Of a stretch of 64,000 bases of DNA, positions 1 to 14,034 are shown piece after piece. The stretch lies in contig CM119377.1 in NCBI GenBank assembly GCA_051294905.1, forward strand, positions 29,512,001-29,576,000, in the 5' to 3' direction. Position numbers and translations under genes: made by a program. A model generated the notes under the pieces. The model was not told where the DNA came from. It saw only the letters and a list, made by a program, of their open reading frames with translations, and searched no databases. How positions within the stretch are numbered: position 1 is the stretch's first letter; each line of letters begins with the position of its first letter. The DNA comes from Botryllus schlosseri. Its lineage: Eukaryota.

Positions 1-781
1 GGATTAGCTGTGTGATATGGATTTTGTCCTAGCATCACATCGCCTAATTGTTCAGGTCCATTGATCCTTAATGCTGATAAATCTAAACATATGCCATAAG
101 ATTACGAAATAGTGTGATCGAATCCAATCTCCTTAGCGCCATATTATCGCACCAGTTTATATTAAAATCACTACTGACTGCAATTCAATCCATAACGATC
201 TTTCTAGAACGATATCTTGTTCACCAATTATCAGAGGATGTGTTCTGCAAGATACGGTAATCTACCTTATACTGTAAATCAGGGCTGGTCACTAACGAAG
301 TACTGCATATACTTAGGGTTAGCCTATTTTAAGATTCCAAAAAGAGGACACTTTTTCAGGTTACAAAAAGAGACGTAAAATGGGAAATTTATACAGACAC
401 CGCTGATCGACCAGTGGGTTGACTAAAAAGTGATTCCACGAGCCAAGTAGTGGGAGATGATGTTTTAGAGATTCTTGCCAGTGGCAGTTAATGTTCAGCG
501 GGAATTATAGTTTCGATAATCTTTTCCACTGTGGAATCCCTGAAACTTCGATTGGTCGTATCGCCACATACGAAACGTGTAGTACAAAGCGTCGCATGTT
601 AATGGAAATGACATATCTGAATAGTTGTGATCGACAGAGTATTTTCACTAAGGTTATCGGAAAAAATATCATTTACAACTTGGTATATAACTGGCATTAT
701 ATTCTTTGTGTCCGATAATTATCATCGATATGAGTGATTTATGTATAGTGGTTCGTAATAATGTACAATTCCTAATCTCAG

Positions 782-1038
782 TGTGCTTCGATTTCGGATA
801 CTCCATTTATAGAAGATTCGATTCCTCCGCGTCCGGCGCCAAAGTGTCGTTCGTGGCGCACGTTGCGGGCGCCCTGGCCGGTCTCAGCGTGGGTCTAATT
901 GTGTTGAAAAATTTCAAGAAATCACTCACCGACAAAGTCGTGTTCTGGGTGGCAGTAGTGGCTTATATATGCTTGATGATATTTGCTATCTTGTGGAATA
1001 TATTCTGGCCTGGGTACGAAAACTGTGGTTTTTGGTAA
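782..1038 (+). CDS. Terminal coding exon of rhomboid-family intramembrane serine protease, paralog 1 (RHBDL1/2/3-like); rest of the gene lies upstream of the window
   Basis: Acceptor cctaatctcAG|tg (phase 1). Encodes [46 protein letters not shown]...WNIFWPGYENCGFW*, containing the rhomboid TM6 catalytic-His motif AHxxGxxxG. Confidence 0.9.
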
Positions 1039-1589
1039 CGAAATTTTTTAATATTATTTTTCACTTTATTTTTGTGTAGCAATATGTTTCGCTTTTCGCG
1101 CGTACTACAGTCATCATTTTGTTTAAATCATGGTACGGTCGTATTTTCCAAGTGACGCATATTTCCTTTCTGTATGTGCATTCATTAAATAGACATTTCA
1201 TGCTGGTCTGTTCGGGTCTTTGATGGGTTGCGCAAACAGCAGAAAATATTATGGCCACAGTTGGGCAACGATAGAAAATTTTCAGATGCGCCAAATTAGA
1301 TTAACATAGAATTACTGAATTCGCAAATGAAATTCAAATCGAGTTTATTCTCATGAGTATGAGAATGGCCGATGTCTGCACAACAAACTTGACTCGTGTG
1401 CATAATAACGTTCTCCTGTATCATTTTTCAGAAAAGTAGAAATTCTGTTAGAATTAAAATAAGAGCTTTTGTCAGTCTTATTAAAATAAATGAAGTATCT
1501 GATTATAACAAATTGCTTACGATTGAGTTAGTTAGTTCAGTACGACCGTCGACCAATGTCTGAGTGGTAATAGGCTAAAGATGAAGATG

Positions 1590-1632
1590 CATATAGCATA
1601 AAGCATATAGCATATAGCATATAGCATATAGC
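1590..1632. repeat. (ATATAGC)n microsatellite
   Basis: About six imperfect copies of the 7-mer. Confidence 0.8.
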
Positions 1633-2560
1633 TTGTCAAATTATTATCGGTGTAACTCACCCGCTAAATTACAGCATAGAAGTCCTGACGTTAGTACAGC
1701 AATGTCAAGAAGTAACGCAAACATTTTTCGGTTCATCGTAGCATTTTGTAGATCGTCATTTGCCCAAGTCAACTCATATCATTTCGGAGAATGTGAAATG
1801 AAAATGACTCGACTCGAGTCGAGTCGAAACCATAAAAGCGGGAATGGTTTGTGATTCGAGACCTTGTGACTTGGTTACGACCTTGAGGATTTCCATGATG
1901 TGTAAAATCCACTAAGTCAGTTGTTTTCAGAGATGGTCATTAACAAGTGGGCCTACTTCTACTATTTTGGGGGCGTTTTTCCGTCATGTACTATACTTTA
2001 ACTCCCACCTAACATTAATTTTGAAAACACTACTTACTCTTTATAACGTAAATTAAAAAAATTATTAAGATATTTTGTGATAAGCTCTTATCATGAGTGA
2101 AATAGCCCCTGAATCACGCCAATTAATTATTTTTTGGAGATTGTACTGATTTGTCCAGCGTCATTGGTGATGTTGCGTTAATGATGACGTTAAATCCTGC
2201 TGTTTCAAACGTAACCACTTCCGATTAACTGATAAAAGTACGCGACGCTTCGAGCAAAGCTACTTGAGTAGTTTTCAAACCTTCGCGCTTCACATATTAT
2301 TGAAATTGCCACTATATTGGTAATTATGTGAAAATTCTACATGAGTCGTATCGCCAAATACATTGATCACCTCCGATTGTATCATTTTGGGCCGGATTGG
2401 ACGCATGATCGACGCTGTATTTTTTTTTGATGTTTTTGCGGCATATTACACCGACTCATGATACACATGCACACGATCTGTAAATCTACGTTTCGAAGTA
2501 CTTCAAGTAGAATTTCCCGAATTGTACTACTTTCATAAGCGGTTATGATTTTAGGCTATA

Positions 2561-3523
2561 GGGGGAGATGTGGTACCGATGGATCACTGGGACCGAAAAT
2601 ACTTGAAGAATTCTCCCTGATAATTCCATGATTACACTCCGTGAATTTGTCTACAGTTAGATGCTGACAGAATCTTTCCTCACATGCAAAAAAATTCGAC
2701 CTCCGGGAGTTATGGAGTCTGTGACGAATGATTTACGTTTTAGGGGGTGTAAAGTAAATTTGGATCGACATTTTCATTTTTCTATATCACCTTCCAGACA
2801 AACAAACCCGCCATAATTTTTTATGTGAAATATAGGGCTTGTATCAGGGTATATAATGGCACATATTTTTTGAATCAATACCATCCTCGAGTGGACTATT
2901 TTTAAGTCAATTACAATATTTATGGGGTGGGGGACCTATGGTACCATAGCCAAATCAAGCAAAATAGATGGGCCAACTAATCACTTAACAACAGAAACTC
3001 GCCTAAATATATATAGGCTGTAAATCATAGGTACCTGTGGTGTTTTATCGCTATTACGAGTTATTTGAAAGTCAAAATGTCGATTTGCGGGTAATATGTA
3101 TGCGGCATTAATTTTGTAAGTTTAGGCGTAAATCAAAACATGATTTTATGCCAACATATCAGTTGATATAATCTATTTTATTCTTGAAGGTCGCGACGAA
3201 ACATTCTTCATTGGGTTGCTGTAGTTTAGCTTATAATACACAACGAAACAAGTTACCAAATTTGAGTTTATGAGCGTATGTCTCATAGGTCCCATGGTCG
3301 TGTGCCTTTGGACCCACCGGATGGGGACCGATGACACGTTCGAGCAACAAATTTTAAACGTTTATAAATATTTTTTGAAAAGGTGGATATTCATGTAAAT
3401 GTCCGCGATAGGTAGAGCTTGTATCGAAGTGTTGAGACAGCAAAAGATCTGCTATTCTCGGCTGAAGATTTGAGGGCCAGAGATCATTTTGCAATTTTTG
3501 ATCCATCGGTACCACATCTCCCC
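2561..3523. mobile_element. Non-autonomous TA-target element (Tc1/mariner/pogo-type MITE)
   Basis: About 25-bp TIR GGGGAGATGTGGTACCGATGGATCA, flanked by TA on both sides. Confidence 0.85.
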
Positions 3524-4518
3524 TACTTGACAGTTTTCTGATTTTTAGGAAAAACTAGGCCTAGAATACTTACCTTTTTACTTGTAAAATAGTATAATGT
3601 TTGAGTATAAATTCGCGGCGTTACTTCTACTCGAGTTCGGACATGAGTACGTGAATACTTCCACCACCTCTACTCGCATCAGCTGATATATCACTTCATG
3701 TTACGTAGCAAGTAGTTTGCACGAATCTATCACAGCGATGACTCTCCTCGGTTTTGCTTGTTGGTCACTGCCGCCAGACGTCGTGATTGAATAATTTTTT
3801 TAATCAATATGTGGCCTCACAACGATTCATCCATTTCAATCGTTTATTTATAGTGTCATCAATTCGAAACGCAACAACATTGCGACACAATAAAACCAAC
3901 ATTGCATCAATCACCAGTCACCTTATCCCCAAGATAACCATACAACATAAATAACAAATCATAAAACTGTGGATGGTGAACAATTGCTCGCGTGTGAGGG
4001 TAATAAAGCGACCCACAACAATATAATGAAGAGGTTGTCTCCCGCATAAAATCTGAACCGCCTATAGCAGTGGTTCCCAAACAGTGGGGAATTCCCCACT
4101 GGTGGGGAATTCATTGGTTTCCGATGGGGAATACACACATTTCTTTAACATTATATACAGGATGTAGGGATGGTGTGAACCTCTGAAAGGTTCAGGTTCG
4201 TGTGAACGCGAAACTTTTTGAAAGGTTCTGTGTGAACGCGAACGTGAACCTCGTGACGTCATGTGACGTCATATTGCCAATTCTAACCCTGCATTTCAGT
4301 GATGTGACAGCCTATATATACCCAGCGACATGGACCATATAATGCCGCAATGCTGAAGTAGGCTACATATTGACGTCTTAAACGCCGCCAAATGCATCAT
4401 CAACTGGGACAATCAAATGATGTAATTATCCCATAAAATCAATACTATCCATCGCTTTGCCAGCAATTTCGACGACGACTTACAAGGAAATATAAGCTTA
4501 CGCCTTAACGGTCTAGGC

Positions 4519-5912
4519 CAGTTGTTCTCAACCGCCGGTCCGCGGACCGGTGCCGGTCCGCCAGGTATATTCCAACTTTATACCTTCCATTCCAAAAAGC
4601 AATGTTCAAGGCTTGTCAATTAATAAAATAAATAAAACATCAAGTTTTAAACTGATTCAGAACTTCGTGAGGTAGCGCATTAGGTCTGGAAACATATTTG
4701 ATTTGACCTGAGGTCCAAGTCGAGTCATTTGACGCCATGCGAGCGACAAGTACGATATGATGACTCGCTAAATCGCGCAATTTGTACGATCATTCGTTTT
4801 CTATTCATTCATTTCATTCATTTGCTGCAGGACCGTAACTGCAGCAGCCCAACCGCCCAATTGGAGGGGGCCGAGCGTGAATAGGTAGCCCAAAACTATT
4901 TGGTGAATGAACATAAATTGTACAGTTTTTTTGAAACTTGATCCAATGTGTTTTAATTATTTTCGCGCTTTATGCGATTTGGTGATACAAAATGTTTTGA
5001 TTATCGAGTTCCATTCCCCCAAGAAACAAGCATGATTTATAAAAACAGGTATGCGACGAAGTAATTATTGCAACAGGCGCGCCCGAGTATATTTAATTAC
5101 AATTAATTTAATTAATAATTACTTGCCCTAAATTTCCAGGACGACACTTCACTAAGATTTAGCGGAATATCTTGTAATTCTGAGAGGATGAAATACTAGT
5201 AGCGATAATATATATGCAACTACCAATATTATTGACCGATTCAGTAAAGAATTATATAAAATTTCCGCGTCTTGTGCGTTTAGGCTATATACTCTTTGCC
5301 TACACCAATTAGAATGAATGTGCTGATAAAAACATTCATGCAACTGTGGGGCCTGGGGGCCCAAGACCTAGGGTTTTTGGGAGGATGGGCTTACGAAGTG
5401 CTTTTTCGGCCCTGATTTTGTGAGGGGCCAAGTATAGCTGTTGTCAGGTGTTTTCGTGCCGCGCTTTGTTTTCGTAGTAGCCAGAATAACCTACGCCAGG
5501 TGGTTGAAAATGATCATGGTAGCACGCCAAGGTGCTTCACTCCGAAACGCAAATTGTTCTCTTGATATTGTCGAATAAAGGAATATCATTCGAGTTGGTG
5601 TGGTCTGTTAAATCCACGGCTTTCGGCGCAAAAGACTGTAAACGACTCTCGGTGGTAGCATACGTCTATCTGGGCAAGGCAATTTTACCTCGATTCGGCA
5701 GAGTAACTATCGTAAAACCACATGGATGACATCTTGAATATAACTAATTACGCTCAAAATCCTTAAAATGTCACCCTCTAGCTACGTATACTTGCAAAAA
5801 TAGTTGCATAATTAACATTTTGATTGATTTCAATTTTTGAAAAGCCACCGGTCCGCCAAATACTTTTCGAAATTTTACCGGTCCGCGAGGTGAAAAAGGT
5901 TGAGAACCACTG
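4519..5912. mobile_element. hAT (Charlie-like) MITE nested in 4165-6899
   Basis: TIR CAGT(T/G)GTTCTCAACC; perfect 8-bp TSD GTCTAGGC; empty site visible in the homologous copy at about 43205-43260. Confidence 0.9.
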
Positions 5913-6306
5913 GTCTAGGCCATACTGGAAAATGTATTCGGCGTCTGAGTATTGTTACGTTGATATTCACCAGAGTGTAAATCGGGTTTCTGCACTTACT
6001 ACCGATATTACCCCATTAACAAGTTATACAGCAGTAGCTTACGCCCCAATCGCAAGGATTTGATTTTTTGATACAGCAACGCCTGCTAAATTTTTTACAT
6101 CAGACAACGATATCAACTTCATTGTTTGGTTGAATAAGCATCATTCGCTAATCGCTGACTTCCTACATGTAGTGTATTTCGCTCTTGATGTTGTGTGATT
6201 GCGGGTCAAGCTCACGGCAGAGAGTCGGCAGAGAGCGAATGTTTGTAACGAAGCAAGTATAATTATTGACATTTTTGAGATTGTCAAGGGTCATGCTTGC
6301 TTAGTG

Positions 6307-6675
6307 TAGGGTTACCATACGTCCTCTTTTAAGAGGATTTGTCCTCTTTTTTGACTTTTTTGAAAGTGTCCTCAGAGGACGCCCTTTTGTCCTCTTTTTT
6401 GAGATTTTGTCCTCTTTTTTGAAAATTTAGGTCAGATTTAGAGCAATTTGCGAGTGATATGCCGTAAATTAGCACAGAAGTGACGCTTCGGCGGGTATTT
6501 CGGAGTGAAAAACGGGGAATTTAGCTCTGAGCGAAAAGATGACCTTTTTTTTAGTCATCCACCTAGAAATGTGGAGAGAAAATCGGTATTTTGAGCTCTG
6601 AGCGGGCCGGTTTTGCAAGTCTCAAATTTCTGAAAAAGTGTCCTCTTTTTAGATTTCCAAAATATGGTAAGCCTA
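6307..6675. mobile_element. hAT-type MITE (TAGG(G/C)TTACCATA family)
   Basis: TIR TAGGGTTACCATA / TATGGTAAGCCTA; TSD GCTTAGTG / GTTTAGTG; same family as 20474-20885. Confidence 0.85.
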
Positions 6676-7399
6676 GTTTAGTGTGGATATTTTTTATGCT
6701 GCCGCGCCATGCATATAGTCGCCCGCAGTTGAAATGCAATAAATTTCAACCAAACATGTTATCATGAACTGTAAATTGTAATATATGAAAAGCTTCACAG
6801 TGCAGAAGCTACCAAGGTTCATTTGTGAACGTGAACCTCGAAATTTCTGAGGTTCACGCACAGAACGCGAACGTGAACCTCACGTTCACACCATCCCTAC
6901 AGGATTGTCTACATATTTTCGGACACTCCTGCGCGATTACAGTTACCAGTTACCAGCTCTGGAATTTATCTATCGAAAATTATAAATTGAAAGTGTCCTC
7001 GAAGGACGCCTAAATGTTCCTTTTTGGGGTATATGTCCCCTTTTCCGCTAAAAAAGATTGAAATGCCACGAAAAATTTGACTCCGACGCAGCGAACTTCA
7101 GCAGCGAACTTTCGTAAAGAATTGAGAACCGAGTCAAAGTGATGACTAGGCCGATTTTTTGACTCAAACAACGAAAAATTTTGACCTCTCGTATGAGAAT
7201 TAGGTGTTGTCCCACAAAATCTTAGAATTGTACTACTTCTCTTCGTTTCTGACAGGAACTGTCCGCCATTACGAAGTAGTTAGGGGCCTGAGCTAACTTT
7301 ATTGACTTGAAAACTGACACATTTTTACATAATTTTATTTGACTAAATCTGTACCTATAAAGAATTGCAGTAGTTACATCACGCAATGTGGAAGAACTA

Positions 7400-7554
7400 A
7401 TTAAAATTTCTTGTAGTGCAACGAAAGATACTTTCCTACATTTTGTGTGTCTGTCCTTACTAAGTAGCTTGCCAAGAGTGGAGAATGAACGTTCAACAGT
7501 AGCAGTTGTTGGCAGGCAACACTGAAGTTGTGTGTACACTAGGGTTATGACCAA
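7400..7554 (-). pseudogene. hAT transposase C-terminal dimerisation-domain remnant
   Basis: LPTTATVERSFSTLGKLLSKDR matches the hAT P.TSA..ERxFS motif. A related decayed copy is at about 57420-57530. Confidence 0.7.
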
Positions 7555-8356
7555 AAAAAAACTTTCGCCTGTAGCAGGAATTGATGAGCATTTTGGTATA
7601 AATTAGAAAAATTATAATCATTTTGTTCAAATCGAAAAAAATGTCCCGCACAAACCAACTTCAAATTTCGACACTGGTCCAAATATAGAAAAAATTTACA
7701 ATTTAAAGGTATTCTTTGCTACAAATTTAATCTTCATATACATGTCCTTTTGTACTTCTGGTAAAGTTCATCCATCAATTTGACTTCTCATTCTGTTATT
7801 ATGTTAGTGCCAGGGACATCTACAACGGAAATATCCGACTTCCAATGGGATTTTTAAGGCACTTTGTTGCTGCAGGACATTCGAGCACAAAAATAACAGC
7901 AAATAATCTTTGGTATACTCTAGAGCAGTGCTCTTCAACCGGGGTGGTCGTACACCCTAGGGTGTACCAGAATTTGCAAAGGGTGTACCACTCGGATGGG
8001 GTGTACAGGGGTGTACCAGATCCGAATTACAATGAGCCGATGGCTAGCTATCACAAAGGCAGGTTTATGGGTCAGTACAGGTTGACGCACAGGTTAATGA
8101 GCAATATGGTACGATGTTATCTCAAGTGTAATACTATAGAAATTAAACATGGAACGGCAACGACCGATTTTGCAGCTTCGTTCCGCTTCGCCAAGGCTGG
8201 AGTGGAGAATTGTTTTGCGTAAGCGACTGTAGGATCTCTGGCAATCCAAAAGCTATCTTCCCGAGCGCAGAAATTATAGAATCTGGTCTTGATCGAAAGC
8301 TACTGTTGCACCGATTCCGAAAATATAAATTAAAATATTGGTCAGGCACTGATCCA

Positions 8357-8503
8357 CCTAGAATCCGTCCCCCAAGTCTGAAATAACGGCATTGTTCGAA
8401 CAATCGGAGAGTCGCAGTGGGTGATTGTTATGGCCATTGTGTTGCGGTTACCCGATTGTTCTGAACAATGCCGATATTTCAGACTTGGAGGACAGATTCT
8501 AGG
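8357..8503. repeat. Short foldback (about 51-bp inverted arms, about 44-bp spacer)
   Basis: 8357-8407 is the near reverse complement of 8452-8503 (a few mismatches, one indel). Confidence 0.75.
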
Positions 8504-10699
8504 ACCTACCAACCCGGGAGTTCCCCTGTAAGAAGTATGGCTCGTTGTGGTACGATGATATGTCACATCATAGTTCTATTCAACCAGAGCCGCCTGCGTC
8601 ACCTCCTTTTCGAATTTTTCCATGTTATACGTGTCCCAAGCGAGGGTCATGTGAGTCATGCAGTTGAGGGATTGCGATTACGGGACAAGCAATTCAATTC
8701 AGGATAATATTGTTATTGTGAGGAACGATAACCATGAAGTGGATAAGGAATGGCAAAATAGAGTTCCTGGGTGATTCGATTGTGAATCGAGTATTATTCG
8801 AGCATCACTCATTCAGACATGGGGTGATTACTTCATGAATGAAATCGATTGCGATTACGGCTACTTCTTAATCACGCGATTACGATTACCATTACGATTA
8901 GAGCAAAATATGGAAATACTCGATTACAATTACGATTACATTGAAGAAGTAATCACGATTACTCACGATCGCAATTATTTTGCTTATTAAAATCTATCTT
9001 TGAAGAAATATTCGAACACAATATAACGAAACGATGAGAAGACCTCATGAGAGAAGAATTACAATTTTTATTTTGACGTCATTTGTGTGTTACGTCACAA
9101 TATGACCATTGCTCGATTTTGCAGCTGACGATTTTCCGCACCTAACGACCCTTACCGAAACTTTCTGCACCGCACTGAATCGGCGTGAGGAATATCTGTC
9201 TGGCCATCAGAGGAAATGATGCGCACGTGAGAAACTGACAATTTTTGTTTGCGTGTCACGAAAGATTTTTTTTAGTTCAGTCTGCTACGGTTGTGGGACT
9301 CTAAAATATCTTTCAACTATAAAGCAGGCGGGGGTCACGAATCAATAACATGCAAAAAATTAATATCATTAACGGGTACGCCCGAATATGATAGGATTAT
9401 TAATTACCTGTCCTAAATTTCGCAGTCACAACCCCTCTCTGCTCCACCGGTAAATCTGACCACGCGGTATGTGAGAAGATAAAAAATGAATAGCAATATA
9501 TTCATTTACCTATGTTGTACCAGACGCTGCCAATCATTTTCTTTTATCATGTTGTAAATAGGCTGACTATAGACATTTGGTAAAACAGTACTGTGAGGGA
9601 CTGAATATCTCGTTCACTACTTACAGCATAACCTTTTAGTTGACCCGATACTTTTTACGGCTGTCGCCGAATTCATTGACTCTTGCCACGCCTTGCTGTG
9701 ACTTATTGAACCCTTTCATATGTATTTGTCTTGAATTGACTATTCTTTACGATTAACTTTGCACGTGATACACCAGACCTTTCATGGTGATATGCACCAC
9801 TTCATGTTTTACCATCTAGAACAATATTAATATTTTACGAATGGTATTGACGAAATTCAGTCATGAATCAGAAGTTTGAATAATCACCCTATGGGGTGCA
9901 AGACCAACATTGAGTAGAGGCTGCTCATTCTATAGGGGTCCAAGACCAACGTTTGAGGGAAGGGTTGGCAAAGTGCTGTATCAGTCCCGATTCTGGCTAC
10001 AACCCATCGTAATATGGTACAGATTTACAGTGATGGTTGTCAACCCTTTGTGACCTCACGGACCGTTAAAACTTCAGAAAAAAAATGTCTCGCACCGTTA
10101 CACCTTCAAATATTTATGAAGAGCTTCTTGGAGTTGCAGAACTTCAATATACAATTTATGAGTGATTCTGTTGAAGTTTACGCAAGGCGAGACTTGCGAA
10201 GTCCTGCTAACACTAAATTGATCGTGATTTTTAGGTATCCTTTGAAACATTAGATTATGTTTGCCAGGCCTTATAAAACTGCTAGTATCGCTTATTTGCA
10301 CTGTCGGAATTTAACGACGTTTGTGTGAGAGTCATCCGCAGCTTTCACAAATAACTTCTCAATAAATTTAATTGATGTTTTATTTCCCTCATTAATGGAC
10401 AAGCGTCCATCTCCACGAATTTTGGAATTGAGATATAAAATTCCAATATCTGTCGCGGACCGGCAGGAATTGTTCCATGGACCGGCGGTTAAGAACCGCT
10501 GCTTGTAGATGGTTGAAGATAGAAATGTTGAGTAAAGAATTGCGAAATAACGATTGATGCTAGTTTCAAGTATGGCCACAGCAGAATAATACCTCAGGCA
10601 GCTGAACAGAGAACGTGTGTAACGTATAACGATATGAGTGTTTCTTATAGAATCGCACTATACTACATGTAGGCCTACACATCGAGTATTTATTTACTT

Positions 10700-11032
10700 G
10701 TGGATAATTCGTTACGCAATGACGAGCAAAGCTAATACTCGTGACGTCATATTGAGCGGTGGCATTTGCAAATCCTACATTTCTATATCGAACCTGATAT
10801 AATATTGCACTCTTTCTTGTTCACGAATAGTCAGTTGTCATGGTCCTTTTACCAGTAAATAGTAATCGTTCTTTCACAAAAAAATCGATTAGATGTGCGA
10901 AATAATCGATTACGATTACGATTACTTCGGATTGTATTCGAAAGTAATCGATTGCGATTGCGATTACTTGAAAATGCTGTAATCGTCGTAATCGATTACG
11001 ATTAATATTCACGATTACCCATATCTGCACTG
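10700..11032. repeat. GATTAC-microrepeat dispersed element arm
   Basis: Reverse-complement homolog at about 16845-17205; related patch at about 8850-8975. Confidence 0.7.
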
Positions 11033-11543
11033 ATTATGTCGTTATAAGAGTATGGAAGATGTGAGAAATTCAAATGTGTAAAAATAATTTGATATTTTTT
11101 TTACCTTGCCTATTACATTGCACTTTGTGACAATGCTGTGGGTTGTTCGCGGCTTCACAGATATGTCATTTCCAGTAACGTGTGTAGCTTTGTACTAGAT
11201 GTTTCGTTTGCTGCGATACGATTGAACCGGTTTCGAGGCTTCCACAGAGGAAATAGTGTCGAAACTATAAATATTGTCGATAAACTAACTTTTTCTGTAC
11301 TCGAAAACCAACATTTTGTTATAATCAACTTGTCTCAATAAAATTGAACTCGATCCAGATTCGAGTACTCGAGCCCTTGTAATTTTACACTTCACGGTGT
11401 ATTGTATACTAACGATAGACTTCGTTCGATATGTCGATATGCCGCTGTTTTGAAATGACAGTTTTCATTGGTTCATCGATAAGATTATACTCTGTAGAAA
11501 TAGAAATCCGCCACACCATCATTTGCAAGATATCATTGACACT

Positions 11544-11576
11544 ATGCTACGCCGGAATGTGGAAACTGACAAGAAG
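11544..11576 (+). CDS. Candidate first coding exon of rhomboid paralog 2 (MLRRNVETDKK)
   Basis: ATG in frame with a good phase-0 donor (AAG|gtaaag) matching the phase-0 acceptor at 13909. No homology support. Confidence 0.3.
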
Positions 11577-12235
11577 GTAAAGTTTCAGGCGGGGGAGTCA
11601 AACCCAATACCACGTCGGTTCACATAATGACTGTCTTTAGCTAGATATCTTACAGGGTTAACCTTCATCCACAGGCTCATCATTTTCATCATTTTAATAC
11701 ACCACAAGACTGCGATACAATGAAAGATTAGACGGTGTCGAAACGACTTGGAGTAGTCGTCGAAATCGGGCACCATGGCGATGTAAAACAGGAGGCATGC
11801 ACACTGAATGAAAATAAAAGAAGATAATATAAAAGGACGGGGGATAAGAAGGGGGCGTGTGTCGGAAGGTTCGCGTTTACACGTACCGGAACCTTTCAGG
11901 GGTTCGCACCGTCCCTATTTAAAATTGAAGATATCGCTCGCCAGTGGCGCAGCAGAGCTAGGAGTTCTCAAATGGCCATAGGCTCTTATCATACTGTAGG
12001 CCAGTTCTCTTAAATCAGCTCGAATATAGAGTATTTTAAGGCAGGTTTATTCAACTATGAATTTTTCTGGCTTTGCTGATTCTGTTATATCTAGCCTCCC
12101 TTTTATACCTTGCTTATCTGCAGTGGTGTGAACGCAGTAATCGTTAGTACTCAAGTAGAAGTAGCGATTTGCAGGTACGTAAAAAGTATGCTAAGTATTC
12201 TTGGACTGTCGAGTAGAAGTAGGAATAGTCTAAAC

Positions 12236-13354
12236 CAGTGGTTCCCAACGTGGGTGATATCGCCCCCCAGGGGGCGATTTGGTGGTCTAGGGGGGCGAAA
12301 ATAACGAAGGGGGCGATAGGGGGGCGAAAACGGACGAAGGGGGCGATAGGGGGCGAAAACTACGAAGTGGGCGATAGGGGGGCGATGGTGCGTTAAAACC
12401 CCCAATGGGGGGTGGGGGGCCCGAAATCGAAGGAAGCCCAAAATTATTTCGTGAATTAACATGAATGATAGAGTAATTTTTTTAGAAATTCACGCGACTT
12501 TGTCAATAATTTTTCGCGCTGCGCGCGATTAAATATTTTCATGTATCTTGCTGTTGGGGTCCCCGTCACCCAACAAAAATACGCATGATTTATGGAAATG
12601 GGAGACTTTTGCGTCGGCCATTACTGCGCCAATGCAGTTAGAGGCCATGTAACATGCGACTCCGAGAAGTGTGCAAGAGCGATCAGCAGCGAGAAGACCT
12701 TGACCGAATAGGAATGCCCTTGTGCTGACCGAAAACTTCGATATATATATGCATATATTTTTAATTGTCCATAGGCGCCTCAATTGCCGGCGTCGAATGT
12801 TCCTGTCCTGGCGACCTTAACCCTACAGGACAATTGACATCCCGCAAGGAAAAAATTAAAGAAATACCAATATGAAATCATGTGCGTCTTTTAGTTTGGT
12901 ACGTTTTGACGATTTCCATATCTTCTGACATAACAGATATAGGAGGTCACGAAATAGCATCATGTAAAGAAGTCAACATAACAACGATTCTGCCCGAGTA
13001 TGTTTAATTATTATTTAGGGGTCCTACCTTTTCCAACATACCACATCGACCATATTGACCGATTCAAACATGAATAATTATATAAATTTGTCGCGCTTCG
13101 CGCGTTTAGGCGAAATACGGTGATCCACCAAACAGTACATGAAATAGGGTATAGCTGATGTGTAGCGAAAAAAGGCCCACTGGCTGAGGGGGTCTGGGGT
13201 GTAGTTAATCACCCCATGGGGCCAAATACCAACAATTTTTTCGGGGGGGGGGTGACGATGAAATGCTGTTTTTCGGTTCCCAATATTTGGGGGGCGATGA
13301 TCGGTGTGGAGCTTCAAAAGGGGGCGATGAGTCGAAAAAGGTTGGGAACCACTG
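12236..13354. mobile_element. hAT (Charlie-like) MITE with internal GGGGCGA tandem repeats
   Basis: TIR CAGTGGTTCCCAAC; perfect TSD GTCTAAAC. Confidence 0.9.
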
Positions 13355-13908
13355 GTCTAAACCATAATCCATTCAGTAAGTAGCAAAGGCATGATATACT
13401 TGAATCAGCAGCAGAATAGTGTCTGTCTTCGTGTTTTGTCATAAGACCGACTTCAATTAAAATCCTTAATCTCGGCGACTTGCTCGGCACAAACTATAGG
13501 ACGGGTTTACCCTGCCTCGCGTATGCAAATATTTAGTGCTCTAAAGCTTCTTTGAATTTTGACACGCGCGCCCGTTCATCCTTTATGAGTCATAGATATG
13601 ATGACTCATAGTAATCGCGAGTGATGGGATTGACTTGTATCAATCAATCAATTAATGGTCATATTGCATTTCCATCTGCCAAAGACTCACCCACAATGTA
13701 CAATGCGATATACAAGACACACAATGCGATGTAATGAACATAGGGGGGGGGGGGTAGTCAAACGACCATCTTCGGTTCTGGACGCATCTACTTGTCTGTA
13801 TATTTTATTTTATCCCGACTACTTGTTTGTTTTACGTTATCGATTTGCACGATTTACAATTGAATATTCCCCCTCTCTCTTTCTCTCTCTCTCTCTCTGC
13901 GTTAACAG

Positions 13909-14034
13909 CGTACCAAGAGAGAAGTATCAAAGAAGACGGGACTCTCCGTGTCCGGACTACGAACCGACAAAGGGGTCAAAACAATCGGAAACCATTGTTC
14001 GCCGTTTTTAATGATTTCAGTCAGCATCGCGCAG
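13909..14034 (+). CDS. Rhomboid paralog 2 exon (N-terminal tail and start of TM1)
   Basis: (CT)n tract plus gttaacAG| ... GCGCAG|gtaata; RTKREVSKK...[15 protein letters not shown]. Not in the ORF track. Confidence 0.8.

Larger units (their letters stand above)
4165..6899. mobile_element. hAT-type non-autonomous element carrying nested MITEs
   Basis: TIR TAGGGATGGTGTGAAC...GTTCACACCATCCCTA; near-TSD ACAGGATG / CAGGATTG. A second truncated copy lies at about 42935-43500. Confidence 0.75.

Noticed and set aside
208-256. Possible penultimate exon of rhomboid paralog 1 (tttctAG|NDILFTNYQRMCSARY+g|gtaatc)
   Set aside because: The phase fits, but there is no similarity to the equivalent exon of paralog 2 (21219-21276) or to rhomboid TM5. 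The true exon probably lies upstream of the window.
9885-9960. Two direct repeats GGGGT(G/C)CAAGACCAAC separated by a spacer, superficially CRISPR-like
   Set aside because: Only two imperfect copies, eukaryotic context, no cas genes.
12300-12420. G-rich tract with G-quadruplex potential and Pro/Arg-rich ORF 12151-12462
   Set aside because: Internal tandem GGGGCGA repeats of the MITE 12236-13354; no independent support.
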